Below, in pieces: positions 25,125 through 38,155 of a stretch of DNA of 64,000 nucleotides. A program made the translations under genes and the position numbers. Position 1 is the first letter of the stretch. The number at the start of each line of letters is the position of its first letter. The notes under the pieces are model-generated. The model had not been told where the DNA came from and made no database searches. It was given only the letters and a program-made list of their open reading frames with translations. This DNA is from Vitrella brassicaformis CCMP3155 (Eukaryota; Protista; Chromerida), in the NCBI GenBank assembly GCA_001179505.1, contig CDMY01000452.1, positions 10,088 through 74,087 of the forward strand, in the 5' to 3' direction.

Positions 25125-25946
25125 CGTATAGGCATTAGTGAGCTGACGGACGGATGTGTGTGTGCATGTGTGTCGCTGTCAGCCGCAGCAGCAGCAGCAG
25201 GAGCAGCCAATGCAGGATGAGATGATGAGACATGCACACCTACATGCAACATGCAACATGCAACCATGTCGTCTGTCCGTATGAACAGGAAGGGCCTCAT
25301 CGGCCGACTGGAATGTTTGAAAAAAGCGAAAAAGCCATACACATGCACACCACACACCAGCGATTTAGCGCGATGGACGCAACCTGTGGATGAACACACA
25401 CCGACCGACACATACATATGCACACAGCCGACATATGCCCCCATCCATCTATCCATCCATCCACCTCTGCACCTGCATGAGCGTCATCCTGCCGTCCACG
25501 CAGTGGGCAACGGAGGGCAGGGAGGGGGGAACCACGGCACCCAGCCGCGCGGAGCAACATACGCTGTACACAAACCATGTAGGCTTAGCCAGGCGGGCAG
25601 GCAGGCAGGCAGGCAGACAGGCCAAAATCCATTGGGATGGAGCAGACACAGTGGTGAATGCGTCTGTCGGCATGAGTGCGATGGGTTCGTGTGCTCACAT
25701 AGACACACAGACGTACGTACCACGCACAAACACTGGTTGACCTGCGCACGAAAAGAACTCTGAATTCCATGGACCATCAATTACAATTACCATTCAGGGC
25801 CGTTCAATAACAAATAGCTTGTGTGACACAGGGGGAGGGAGGGAGGGAGGGAGCAAGGCCACGGAAAAACCACGTGCAATGCAGCACCTGTCTGTAGCAG
25901 CATCGACAGTGCCGCCCGTCCGTCATTCTCACACCTGCATTGCACC

Positions 25947-27521
25947 TCAGCCGTTTCCGCTGGTCCCATCCTTTGGCCCCGCAGGCTCGTCCGCCTGCTC
26001 GCCATCGTGGTCTTCGACAAAGGCCACGGTGTCATTGTTGCTGCCGCCCTTGTCGAATGGCATCAGCTGAAACGGCATCTCGGGGTCGATGATCGGCGGC
26101 GGCTCTTGCTTGGTGGTGGACAGGAATTTGGGCTCGGTCTGACTCCGACGCTGACAAGACTGGTCCTGCACACACAAAGACAGACACACACAGCAGTGAT
26201 GGGAGACGGAGAGGGAGAGGGAGAAGGGAGAGAAACGTGTGTGTCTGTCTGGCTCTAACCTCCGGCTCGTCGACTTCCAGCGGGGGGAAGTCTGGATGGT
26301 CTTCGTAGTTGAGCCCCCATCCCTCGGGCAGCGAGGTGCCGCCCACCCTGGGGAGCACCTTGCTGCTGTATGGCTGGTCATCGCCATACGTGTCGTTGTA
26401 CTGCACCGTCAGACACGGGTCAAGCGACCACTGGAAAGACAGCTTGTTGCTTGTGGCCGTGAATTCATGGTCGCCGAAGAGCACGTCGGCCACACCGGCC
26501 CCCTCGGTGCCCGGCAGCCAGGCGGCGATGAAGGCGTCGCTCCAGTTGATCTCTTGATTCATGTAGACAGGCCGGCCGGAGCAGAGGATGGTGACGATGG
26601 TGATGTTGGGGTAGGTCTCCCTGACCTCTTGCAGGAAACGACGGTCGGACAGGCCGACGGGGGTGTTGCCGTGATCCCGAGACACTGGCCACTGTCGGTC
26701 GCCGAAATACTCTGGCACCCAATGACATGCACACAGACAGACAGGGAGGCAGGGAGGGAGGATGAGCCATCGGCCCACCTGTGCGTGCCCGTGTGTGGCG
26801 TGATGTATGTGGTGTTCTTGCCTGCGTATGGGTCTTCTGCCATGCAGACGATGACGGCGTCGTAGCTCTTGAGGTCAGGAATCGGTCCGCTGGTGTAGAG
26901 CGTCACACTCTCCGCCCCCACCACTTGCTTGATGCCATCGAGGATGGACTGGCCTTTGCCGAACAGGGAGTTCGGAAAAGAGGGGCTGCCTTGCCTGCGG
27001 TGTGACACACACACACACATACACACGTGGGATCAGCCCGCCGTGAGTAAGCTTCTCGCGTGGCCGCCTTTCTGATTGTCCGCATCGCATCATCTCTCTC
27101 ACCGACCAGTCTTTGGTCCATCCTCCGTTCTGCAGGCCGATGCTGTCGGCACACCGCCCAGCCACCAGATACTTGCCCTTCTTGGACAGGGGGATGGGCT
27201 GGCTGGCCGCCCTTCTCTCCCCGTTCTTGAGCATAACCAGTGACTTCCGCACCGCCTCACGCGCCGTGGCGCGGTGCTCCGCCGTCTCAAATACCGATTC
27301 GACACCCGCATGTGGCCGAGAGAGTGGTGCTTTGCGCTCGGGGTAGCCCGCTGCCACAAGGGCCGGTGTGGTGAAGGCGCCGTAGAGGCCCTTGACGGTG
27401 AGGATCCTCGTGACGGCGTCGTTGATCCTCGCCATTGGGATGGCCCCACTGTTGGCCGATTGGATGGTGTTCTCGAGGAGGGTCTTCCACTGGTCACTGG
27501 AGGTCATCACAATGTCAAGAC

Positions 27522-27552
<31 letters not shown>

Positions 27553-29867
27553 GCCAGCCGCATGCAGAGAGACTGTGGTGGTGTTCTATGGTGACTTCTC
27601 CTTCACCAGCCGACCCACCTGCAATGAACGTCTGGTCGCATTTGGTGGCGGAGCAGCCCTCCACCTGTGCGTGGCCATTCCAGTCGCCCACCACCAGCCC
27701 GGCGAAGCCGAGGTTCTCCTTGAGCACTTCGGTGAGCATGAACTCGTTGCCGTGTGTCTTGATGCCGTTCCACGAGCTGAAGGAGGCCATGACCGTCTGC
27801 ACGCCGGCCTCGATCGACTTGAAGTATGCCGACAGGTGGGTGTCTTTCAGTTCCTGCAGCGTGGCCTTGGTGTCGCCCTGGTCCACCCCGCCCTCCGTCC
27901 CCCCGTCGCCTCCCCAGTGCTTGGCGCACGCCAGCACCCTCTCCGGACCCAGAAAGGGAAACGCACCGTCTGCCACGCCCTGCAGGCCTGAGTGGTGCAG
28001 GCAGCCGACAAACACTCACAGCTGGCTCAGTCTATCTGTGTGGGTGCACGGAAACGGATCCATTGCTGTACCTTTGATCAAGTGCGAGGCCAGATTTTGG
28101 ACGATGACTGGGTCCTGCAGACACACAGAGAGAGAGGCGCACGAGCATCAATGCCCATAATGCGTCCACTGAGGCTATGTTTCTTGGTCTGTCTCCCTCC
28201 CTCCCTCACCTGGCTGTATGACTCGTATGTCCGCCCCCACCGCGTGTTTTGCGCGACAGCGTGTGTGGGCGCGAAGGCCCAGTCACACCCAGTGGCCTGC
28301 ATCTCCTTGGCCGTGATGCGGCCGATCTTCTGCATGAGTGCGGGATCGTTGGCGCAGCCCAGCCCTATGTTGTGCGGGAACAGCGTGGCCTGCGGGAGGT
28401 TGCTGTGCCCGTGGATGGCGTCGATGCCGAATAGGGGGTGGATAATCGCGTCGTCCACTTTTGTGGCGGCGTTCCAGTAGGCCTGCAGAGTGGTCGCCCA
28501 CTCCTTGGCGGTGTTGTCGCCCATGTCTTCGTTGCCGCCCTGCAGGTGGGATCCGATGTTGTTGGCGGCCATCTCTGCGGCAGTGATGGTGGTCTGCAGC
28601 GGCATGAGCATCTGGCCGCACTTATGCGCGACCGTCATCTTGTCCACGATCCGCGCCACCTCGCTCACAATGATCTTTGGAAGGGCCGGAGACTTGACGT
28701 CCGAAGGCCAAGTCACACCGGCTGCGCAGCATACAGACAGCATCGAGAGTGAGGTGACGCACTGCGCCGCTCACTCACGTTCTCGGTTGACATATTTGCA
28801 TCTCCCGCCCTCAGTTTGGGTGAACCCGTCTCGACACTTCTCGCAGGTCTCGTTGTCCTTAGCGCACTTGTCGCAGCCGGCCACCTGGCAGCCGTCATCT
28901 GTGGGGTCTTCCACCTTCTTGCAGTCGAGCCGGGCGCTCTTGACGCCCTGCTTGAAGCCCATTCTTTCGACGGCCTCCTCGTCCTTGAGCTCACAGCGCC
29001 CATTGGTGTAGAACGAGAAGGCCTCGCAGTCGGGTGTGGTGGCACACTCGTGGTGGCACTCAGCAAGAGAGGATGTCAACCTGGTGGAAGAAGGAGTAGG
29101 AGGGTCTTGCCAGGTTCGGCTGCGTCAGAGTGCATTGCGTACGATGCCTGTGCGACGTCGTTCTGCTGCCCGTCGCCGAAGGCCACATCGTCCAACACGT
29201 TGCACCTCTGCATAGCTAAACAAAACGAAACGAAGCACACACAGGCGGGATGGATGTCCTTGACCCTTGATACCTGGAATGTCCTTTGCTTACGTTTGCA
29301 CTGGTTGTCGCTGGGTGACACGAAGAACCCCACCTCGCAAAGCTGACACTCTTCCTCCCCGTCCGCCGCCTTGCCGCAGCTCCTGCACTGGGTCCTCGCC
29401 GTCGAGCACTGCTTCTCCTCCAGCCCCCCCAACACTCCACCACCGTCACCGACCAGGCCTTCAGTGCTGGCGGCCGAAGCCAGGCCCGTCGCCACACAGT
29501 CGCGCAGCCCTGACACGACTGTCAGTGAGCCGTCGCTGCTGTTTGTGAAGAGGGTAGGGGTCTCTGCTTTGCCCTTGAGGTAGCAGCCGACGTCGTGTTC
29601 CGTCTTCATGAAGGTGAAGGCCTGGCAGACGGGCCGGGAGAGGCACTTGTCGCGGCAGAGGGGGAGCTTCGACGCCTTGGGGTCGTTGATGAAGACTTCG
29701 ATGTCGTATGAGGCGATGGCGCCGCTGGCGAGGCACCCGTCTGACTTTTTAAAAGGCGCCCTGGGGCTGTCGACTCCGAGGGGGATGGCTGACTCGAAGC
29801 GGACGTGCTCTTCGGCCGAAGTCAGCCCTGCGGCAACCGTCAATACGATTAAGGTCAGGTGGAACAT
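25947..29867 (-). CDS. Secreted GH3 beta-glucosidase/exo-beta-glucanase with two N-terminal PAN/Apple domains and Cys-rich (furin-like) linkers, ~9 exons
   Basis: Signal MFHLTLIVLTVAAGLTSA; PAN CRDKCLSRPVCQAFTF..GCYLK and CHHECATTPDCEAFSF..CELK; GH3 GIDAIHGH, FPHNIGLG, WGRTYESYS, AKHWGGDG, GLVVGDW (nucleophile Asp), AAWLPGTEGAGVADVLFG. Confidence 0.9.
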
Positions 29868-30176
29868 TGACCGCGTCTCTCCAACGGCCAATCACACGTA
29901 TTAAAAAATAAAAGCCCGCACACAAGAGATGGACACATGGCTCATCCGCTCTACGACGGCTGTCTACGGCGTGTCGTCGCCTGATGGAATGTGCTCCCGA
30001 CTTCTCATGCGCATTTTAGTCATTGCCGTTTGTGGCGAGTATTATTCTCAACGGCCGCAGACCCCTCTTCTCTTCGCTGTCCGTCGGTGAAGCGGTCCCT
30101 GGCAGTGTTTTGTTCTCTCTTGTCGGCTTCAGTCTCCCTCGCCCCTCCCACTCAGCTGACCAAGGAGGCCTCAGTG

Positions 30177-31213
30177 ATGCGGTCGTTTGTGCTGTCCCCC
30201 GCCGTCATGTGGCTCGTCGTCTCACTGGCAGGTGGGCACCGCCCGCACACACACCACTCTGACATTTCTCTGTCTGTCTGTCTGGCTGTCTGGTGTGCTC
30301 TCTGGCCGTCTGTGTGTGTGGTCAGCCTTTCCCTCGTGGCTGGTGCCGCTGTGTGCCGCGAGCGGTGCCGGCCTCCTCCGCCCCAACACAGCGCCCACCT
30401 TGATCAGCGCCAATGACACCACGGCCGGGGCCGAGAAGAGGCGATTGCACCCGCCAGACGTCGAGTACGCTCTCACGCACACGGCCGGCCGTGACCTCTT
30501 GACACACGTGGCTGCATGACACTGTCCTGTTTGTTTGCCTGCAGATGTGTGTTCCAAGGATCAGTTTATTCCGGAAACGGGGGACTGTGGAGGCAATCCC
30601 ATACCGACCATCGTCATCAACCGGGGCCAGGTGCGCACCTGACGACACTGAGCCCATCGAGGCGATGCATCATTGGACACACACGGGGGGCGTGTGGTGT
30701 GCACTCGTGTGTCGTGTCAGATTCGAATCGGGGTCATTGAGGAGCTGCCCGAGGGTCCTTTCAATGCTGACGGTGTAGTCGCAGTGGCCTCCATTGGCGG
30801 TGATCCCGTGGATCAGACGGGTGACGATGTGATGAGCGTCTCAGTGGTAAGCACAGCGCACATTCTGTGTCTATGGCCGTGTGGATGACCCGACTCAATG
30901 CAGGAGGTTGGCGATCAAGATTGGTTATTACCGTCGTCGATGGGATTACGACTATCGAAGTCGAGAGTTTTGATGAGACGTACCATGTCAACATCGTGGT
31001 CACGTTCCACGAGGGCGCGAGCCGCCCTAACGGCTTCTGAATACGTATTTCGGGCTGTTGAATGCTTGGAAGATGAGGACTGCTGTGATGAGGGAGACCC
31101 GGAAGAGTGCTTAGAAGAGTGTAACGAGAACTTCAGGTGTGAATCTTTTGCGGAGCCCGGAAAAAGGCGACGGGTGTGACAACAACTTCAGGTGTGAACT
31201 GTGTCCGCCTTAG
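30177..31213 (+). pseudogene. Secreted prepro-type protein copy B, with indels relative to copy A (pseudogene or frame-diversified paralog)
   Basis: ATG 30177 MRSFVLSPAVMWLVVSLA, same intron positions. Exon 3 start is 2 nt shorter; net -4 and -5 nt indels in the last exon; TGA at 31179 precedes the homologous TAG at 31213. Confidence 0.6.
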
Positions 31214-31224
31214 ACTGTGAGCGT

Positions 31225-31524
31225 NNNNNNNNNNNNNNNNNNNNNNNNNNNNNNNNNNNNNNNNNNNNNNNNNNNNNNNNNNNNNNNNNNNNNNNNNNNN
31301 NNNNNNNNNNNNNNNNNNNNNNNNNNNNNNNNNNNNNNNNNNNNNNNNNNNNNNNNNNNNNNNNNNNNNNNNNNNNNNNNNNNNNNNNNNNNNNNNNNNN
31401 NNNNNNNNNNNNNNNNNNNNNNNNNNNNNNNNNNNNNNNNNNNNNNNNNNNNNNNNNNNNNNNNNNNNNNNNNNNNNNNNNNNNNNNNNNNNNNNNNNNN
31501 NNNNNNNNNNNNNNNNNNNNNNNN
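31225..31524. other. Assembly gap (300 N)
   Basis: Run of n. Confidence 1.
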
Positions 31525-32390
31525 TGGCTCTCTCTCTGTCTCGCGAATGTGCGAGCGGCCCAGGCGGTGTGTGCGATGCTCTCGTGGGGCCGTTGATGCG
31601 ATCCGCCTGACTGGCCGATTGGTGTGTGTGAGAGGGGGCAAAGGCGGACAGCCGGCCGCCTGTGGGAACGGCTGAGCGGTCGTCATGTCTGTCTGTCTGT
31701 CTGTCGCATTGGGTGTGGGGGACACTCGTGAGTGATTGTGGGTGGGCGGTGGGCTGACTGACTGGGGAGGGGGGGCGATGCAGCCATGTCCGCCTGCAGT
31801 GGTCTGGTCGGTTGTGTGTTGGGGGCATCTGCACACACACACCCGCTCCCGCACACACCAGACGGCCGTGCAAATGCACCCACACACTCAAAAACAAGTG
31901 TACAGTCCATCTAGCGAGAAAAGGAGGGCTGGTTTTCCTTGTCGTGCGGGAATGTCTGCTTATCTCTGTCTGTGTATTGGGTGGGTGTATGGTCATTGTA
32001 CGTGTTGGCAAAGCAGGTGTGTGGGAAGTGGTCAGCTCGTGACGTAAGACCGATTCCTTCAAGACGTTGACCCGCGCACGGCATTTCCGAACCTACAGCG
32101 GGTCAACACGAGAGCAGCCGGTCAACACACACACAGACTTAGTCGTTCGTTGATCTGAACCAGTTGATCTCAGTAGTGCATCCAGATCATCCGAGAAAGA
32201 CATCCGTCATCCAATCAGGCTCCCCTCTTCTCGCTACCCGCTTACTGCCGTTTGTGGCGCGGGAAGAAAATCCTTTGCATTTGGTGTTTCACCTGTGGCT
32301 CGTCGTCTCCTTGCGCTTGTGTCCAGTCAGTCATACGTATAGATATATACATCGACTTAAATATACGCTGTCTGCCTGTCGATCACATTT

Positions 32391-32753
32391 TTAGTTCTCT
32401 TTTTTAATTCTCTTCGAAGTCAAGCGCCATTCTAAGTGCCCCACAAGCGTGTGGTAGACGACCTTTCTGACCCGCGCCTTGTCGAACTTGACACGCAGAC
32501 CTGGTTGGTGGAAGAGAAAACAACACGTGCTTCTGTCCAGACTTTTCTGTCTGTGTGCCCGCGTGTCGAACACTCGTCCATCAGCTGCTTGTCTGACAGA
32601 CAGACAGACAGACGAACAGGCATCCTGCCTGTCTCTTTGCCGTGTATGTTTGTGTGTTGGTGATGCGCACGTACAGCCTTTGAGACACTCAGGCCTGTCT
32701 TCCTGCAGCCCTTGGAGGACCTTCTTGGCCTGCTGCAGTTCGGGGTCATCCAA

Positions 32754-32786
<33 letters not shown>

Positions 32787-33096
32787 CCGCCACTCACGTC
32801 AGTCACGTTGATGAAAGATACTGACTGCAGTTGCTCCAGCTTAGCCTCGAGGTCGCGCTCTGCCCAATCAATCCCGTCTAGAGCTTTCTCCGTCGCGTTC
32901 ACCATGCACTGAAGCGCGTATGTCATGGGCTCAACCGTCACCTCCTTCTCTCCCTGGTTGATTGATTGGTGACAAACGAGGATTGGCTTTCAAGCCAGCG
33001 AACCTATCGCGTGCAGCGCTCGCAAGCCTACGGTAGTCGATGGTGATTTGAGCCATTCCAGACTCTCATGAAAAGCTAAGTTCTGTGACACACACG

Positions 33097-33133
<37 letters not shown>

Positions 33134-33617
33134 CAGAGTCCGTGATAGGCGCTCGCTCACCAGGATCCATTCGGCCCTGGCACTCACAACCGTCTAACCA
33201 CACACACATATGCACACAGGTGGGTAAGGTGGGGTGTGATGTGCCTGCCTGCCTTGCCTGCTTACACTTGCGTGAAGGGCACTTTCAGCCTTCGTCTTGT
33301 GCACGCGTCGCATCCTGATCAGCAAGCGATCCACATGGAGGTGTGGACGGGCCCGAGCTGTGGTGAACCGCGGTGGCGTGACGAATGGTGTGCTCGTGCC
33401 GGTGGCTTCAGACAGTGCTGCTGCAGTTGGCAAAGGGAGTGTCATGACGACCTGATGCGCAGGCAGATCCAGGACGATAGCCAGCACCGCAATGGCCCAA
33501 AGCCACTGCAGCCAGTTCACCACACACACACGCAAGACAGTCGCGACGTGATACCCTAAGGGTGAGCATGCATCTGTGTGTCCATACCTGTTGCCCATGG
33601 TGTGATCTATCCATCAT
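32391..33617 (-). CDS. Hypothetical protein with a hydrophobic N-terminal segment, multi-exon
   Basis: Exons WLQWLWAIAVLAIVLDL..., NLAFHESLEWLK..., EVTVEPMTYALQCMVNATEKALDG..., ending SKRIKKEN; start uncertain. Confidence 0.45.
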
Positions 33618-34152
33618 GGGCGTGACACACACAGCCCTCCGCGTGTCACGGAAGAAACCACGCGCCTCTTGCCGCACCCTGCAGGACACACACCGAAAGA
33701 AAGACGACGGGACTCATAGATTTCCGTTGAAAGCAAGTCATCCAGTCCGTCTTGCCTACCTGAGCTGCGCTGGTGAGCTTCGCGACGATGAAAAAGGGAG
33801 AACGATCGACTACAAGCCGAGCTCGCATTTCTTGGCGCCAGATTTCGAGAGGTAAGTTCTCTGAGGTCCGTGTGGACAGATGCGCACGTGTAACACTTGG
33901 ACAACACAACACTCGTTCGCTGTGTTTGTCTTCAGCCTTCGTGGTGTTTGTACCCGCCTCGAGATTCAGGACGAAGTGGTCAGGAAGGTGACTGTTTGTC
34001 GAGCCCTTGAAAGCTGAGAAGGTAGCCCATGTGATGGATAGATGGGCTCATGTGAAAACAGTGTGACACACCATTTGTGTGTGTGATGGTTGGTTTATGC
34101 CTCCCTCCCTCCCTCCCTCCAGCAGGAACTTGAGCAGGAATTCGAAGGAAGG

Positions 34153-35387
34153 ATGCATCGGTTCGCAGCCCTCTCACTGCGGCACACAGCCATGGCGGCA
34201 AAGGTACACACACATCGGCCTGGATGGATGGATGGATCAATGAGTCACGCCTTACTCGGGATCTGTTATCTGCAGGTGTCGCCGGCGCGTTTCGTGTGCG
34301 TGGCCAAGGCGGGGCTGCAGGCCACAGGGAGCTCCTACACCGGTACACACAGCACCAAACACAGCAAAGGAGCACAGCAAGGCCAAGTAGGCAGTCGTAT
34401 ATATGTGTGTGTAAGTAGGTGTCAGTGTGTCGTGTCGGATGTTTGCGACTGCCGGGGCGCGGATGAAGGCGGAGGACTGGTGCGGCAAGGTGGGCAGCTG
34501 ACACACAGCACATGAGGGAATGGCACCTTCGCATACACATGATAACACACGTGTGCGTGTCTAGATCTTCGATGCGATTGACTTCAATAAGGTACACACG
34601 GATGGCATGCATTAAGGTTGGTTATCATTCGCACGTCGACACGTCTGCCTTTCATTTGCCCGTCCATCCTCATTGATTCACCCGTCCTTCCTAAGAACGG
34701 ATACCTGGACAAGGACGAGGTGAGTGAGCCATTTCAGCTTGACGCATGTGCGTGCCCCACTACACTCGCCGTGTGTGTGTGTGTGTTGCGTGTCTGTCTG
34801 TCATCAATCGCCAGGTCAAGAAGATAGTGCTGTGTTTCGGGGAGAACCACGAGCAGGCCGAACTGAGATGGGCCAAGTGAGTAGGGCGAGCAAGCAACGA
34901 CGCCTAACACACACACACACACACACGCACCCACCCACCACATGCAGGCTGCTGGAGCATGTCGACACCAACAAGGACAGCAAGATATCCCGGTGAGTAC
35001 GGACACATATTAGCATATGCGTGGCGCCCGATCACTGTCTGTCTGTCTCTTTCCTGACGGGGGTGTGTGTAGTTCCGAGTACGTGTCGTACTGGAAGAAC
35101 CAAACAAGTGACAAAGTCGAAAAGGACGGTACACAAGCACGCAGGCAATCACGTGGACAGACTGGCTGGCACCTACATGTCCGTGTGTGCGTGTGTGGGT
35201 GCAGGTGGCTACAGCAAGGACTACGAGGAGTATCTCGCCAACTATATCGGTACGCACAAGCATACCCACTGCCTGCCTCCATTGGACCCTGCATGTCTTG
35301 TGTTGTGTTGGGCTCTTGTTGGGCTCTGCGTGTGTGTGTGTGTGGTTTGGCGCAGACCTGCTCAAAATCAAGGTGAGTCCGAGCTGA
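34153..35387 (+). CDS. EF-hand calcium-binding protein, many micro-exons (possible upstream exons from 33788)
   Basis: Spliced loops IFDAIDFNK|NGYLDKDE and LLEHVDTNKDSKISR|SEY; basic, Ala-rich N-terminus MHRFAALSLRHTAMAAK. Confidence 0.7.
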
Positions 35388-36309
35388 CACGCTTCCCTCA
35401 TCACGACACCGTGACGCCGTCAACTTGTCTGTATTAGCTGCGTATGAACACACACACATATACCATTTTTACCAATGGTTGGTTGGTTGGCTGCTTGCAT
35501 GTGGCTGGTTGGTTGGTTGGCTGGATAGAGCCAGCAGCACGAGCAGGAACTGGCAGACGAGAGAAGACAAGATACCGACACTGACACGGCAGCTGTACGC
35601 AAGCTACATCACACCACACCACACACACACAGCGGACAGACAGACAGACAGACAGACAGACATCCCTGTGCGTGTAATGTACTAATGATAGCCTATTTGC
35701 ATGAGCGTGCTTCGATACTTACACCGCCACCCTGCAATCACGTGCTCTCTTGTCCCGTGTCTGTGTGTCTGTGTGTGTGCAGGCCAAGAGCGTTATCGGC
35801 GGCAAGTGATGATGGACAGACCGGCACACACGGACGGCCGGGAGGGTGGATGCCCACAGACTGCCCGCAGTAGTGGATGGATGGATGGATGGACGCATGC
35901 GCATTTTGTCTGTCTGCGTGGGTATATCACTAACATATACAGTGTGTATGCAATCAATCGATCGATCATGCAGTCTGTTTGTCGGTATGTATGGTGTGGT
36001 ATGGGTGGGTATGACGCATGACTGACTATAGAGGTTGGTTGGCTAGACGGCCGTGTGTGTGCAGACTGACACTTCTTCTGTGTGTAACTGGGCGGGCCGG
36101 GGAGTGGGTGGGCGAGCGGTCGGGGGCCCATGCATGGATGGATGGATGGACGCGCGAAGGACAACCTAGCGCAGGCTGTCTAGTCTCGTTTTGTCCGTCG
36201 TTTCGATCGAACGAGAGACCCATCATGGTCCTTCACGTACCCTGCTTATGGACATGGACCAACTCAAGGCTGTGTTCGACGCACTAAAGCTACACAACAC
36301 AAGAAAAAG

Positions 36310-38115
36310 CTAGCTAGCAAAAGCAGCAGCTCGTTGCGCACTCGAGTGGGGCTGCCGACACCTGACACAAGACACACACATTACACACACACGGGGGCTG
36401 TGGGCCCTGTGTGTGCCGGCTGCCAGCCAGTGGATTGCATTGCGTACGTGTGTTCGGGGCAGAGTTTGTCTTCGGTCGGCATCGGGGCCATCCACTTCTC
36501 AAAACACTCCTGACACACAACCTGACACACACACAGACGACACGCAGAAACGTATTGCTCTTTCTCTCTGTCCCATGCAACCGTGTAAGCCTTCTGACTC
36601 ACTTTATGTCCGCAGGGCAGCAGGATGATGTCTGGCGGCTTCTCTAAGCACAGCTGGCACTTGCTCTCTCCCAGCCAAACACCGCCACCCACACCACTGC
36701 TGCCACTGGACGATGGCGCAGCACATGGGCCATTTGCCTGTGCCGAGCTGCTGCTGCTACTAGCACTGGCAGCTGCTGCTGCTGGTGGTGGTAACGCGCT
36801 GGCGTCATCCACGGTGAGAGAGAAGGGCATGCAGGGGACGGTGGCGTGGAAGGGGACAGCTGCTGCTGCAGACGAGGATGGTGCGGATGGTTGGCTGGGC
36901 TGCTGCAGCTGGATCTGTCGCTCGATGGCGGCCTGGTGCACTAGGGCGAGGTCGTCGAGCAAGCGACGCACCGACGGCAAATCGAGAGACGACACGCCTT
37001 CAGCACTGAGACGACTGCACCACACACAGCAGCAGACATGTCCACAGCTGCTTCCGGGGTGTGTGTGTGGTGACCTGTGTGGTGGCTGTGCCGATGACAG
37101 CTGCTGCTTGAGCACTAGGTTCTCCCGTCTCAGCGGCGCCTCCGCCTCGCGCAGCCGACGCAGCTCGCCGTCTCTCTCCTGATCTACACGCGCTGACCTG
37201 CACACACACATCAACACACACATGTCATAAGATCAGCAGCATCTGTCGGAGGATGGCCTCCTTCTCTCTGTCTGCTTGGCTGGCTGGCTGACCTGATTCG
37301 TTCTTCCCTCAGTCGTTGCCTCAGCTGATCCCTCTCGCGCGTCACGTCGGCCAGGGCCCTCTCAACCGCCACACGCATCTCTGTCTGCTGCTCGATGGCC
37401 GTCCGGTGCTGCGCCCTCAGTTCCAAAATGGCCGACCGGTGCTCGCCACGCAGTCGGTCCAGCTCCTCTCTGTGCTGCTTGGTGATGGTGTCCATGTGTG
37501 TCTTGGCGGCCTTGTCGGCCTCCTCCCGCACCAACTGGCTCACTCGACGCACACGGTCGTCGGCACTGCACACACAGACACCAGACAGACAGACAGACAG
37601 ACAGGGGGGGGTTCTTCATTGTGTGTGTGTGGCGAGTTGGGTTTACGTCTTTTGTGTCTGTTTGATTTGTTTGTCTTTGTCTTTGAGGATGTCCTCGAGA
37701 GTGCTGCGCTGCGCGTCGGCGGCCTTCCTCTCCTTCTCAGCCATCTCCCGCGACGCAGCCAACTCAACGGTCAACCTACACACCGACGCACACATCCACA
37801 CAACACACATAAGAGATGTCCACGTGTGTATCCGTGCGTGTGACGTGATGGACATGGTGTGACTTGAGCACCCACCCGTTGATATCGTCTCTGGCTCGTC
37901 TGATGCTCTCGTTGAACTGGTCCTTCTGCTTTTTGTTGGCGTCAAGCGCCCTCCTGAGCTGCTCCTTCAGCTGCTCAAGCTGCGTCGTACGGGCATCGTG
38001 GGCCTCTCCAGCTGTGCTGCCTGACGGCTTGTGCTGCGCTCGTGTCGGCGATGATGACTTGGCGGACCGGCAGGAGTCACCCGTCGGGCTGGCCGAGCGA
38101 CCCACACTGTGACAC

Positions 38116-38155
<40 letters not shown>

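Larger units (their letters stand above)
30075..31990 (+). repeat. Segmental duplication copy B (paired with 7845-10110), interrupted by a gap
   Basis: Same colinear blocks as copy A; both coding ends are followed by ccgccttagactgtgagcgt. Confidence 0.9.

Noticed and set aside
31201-31887. ORFs spanning N gaps (also 56564-57543)
   Set aside because: Artefacts of translating N runs.
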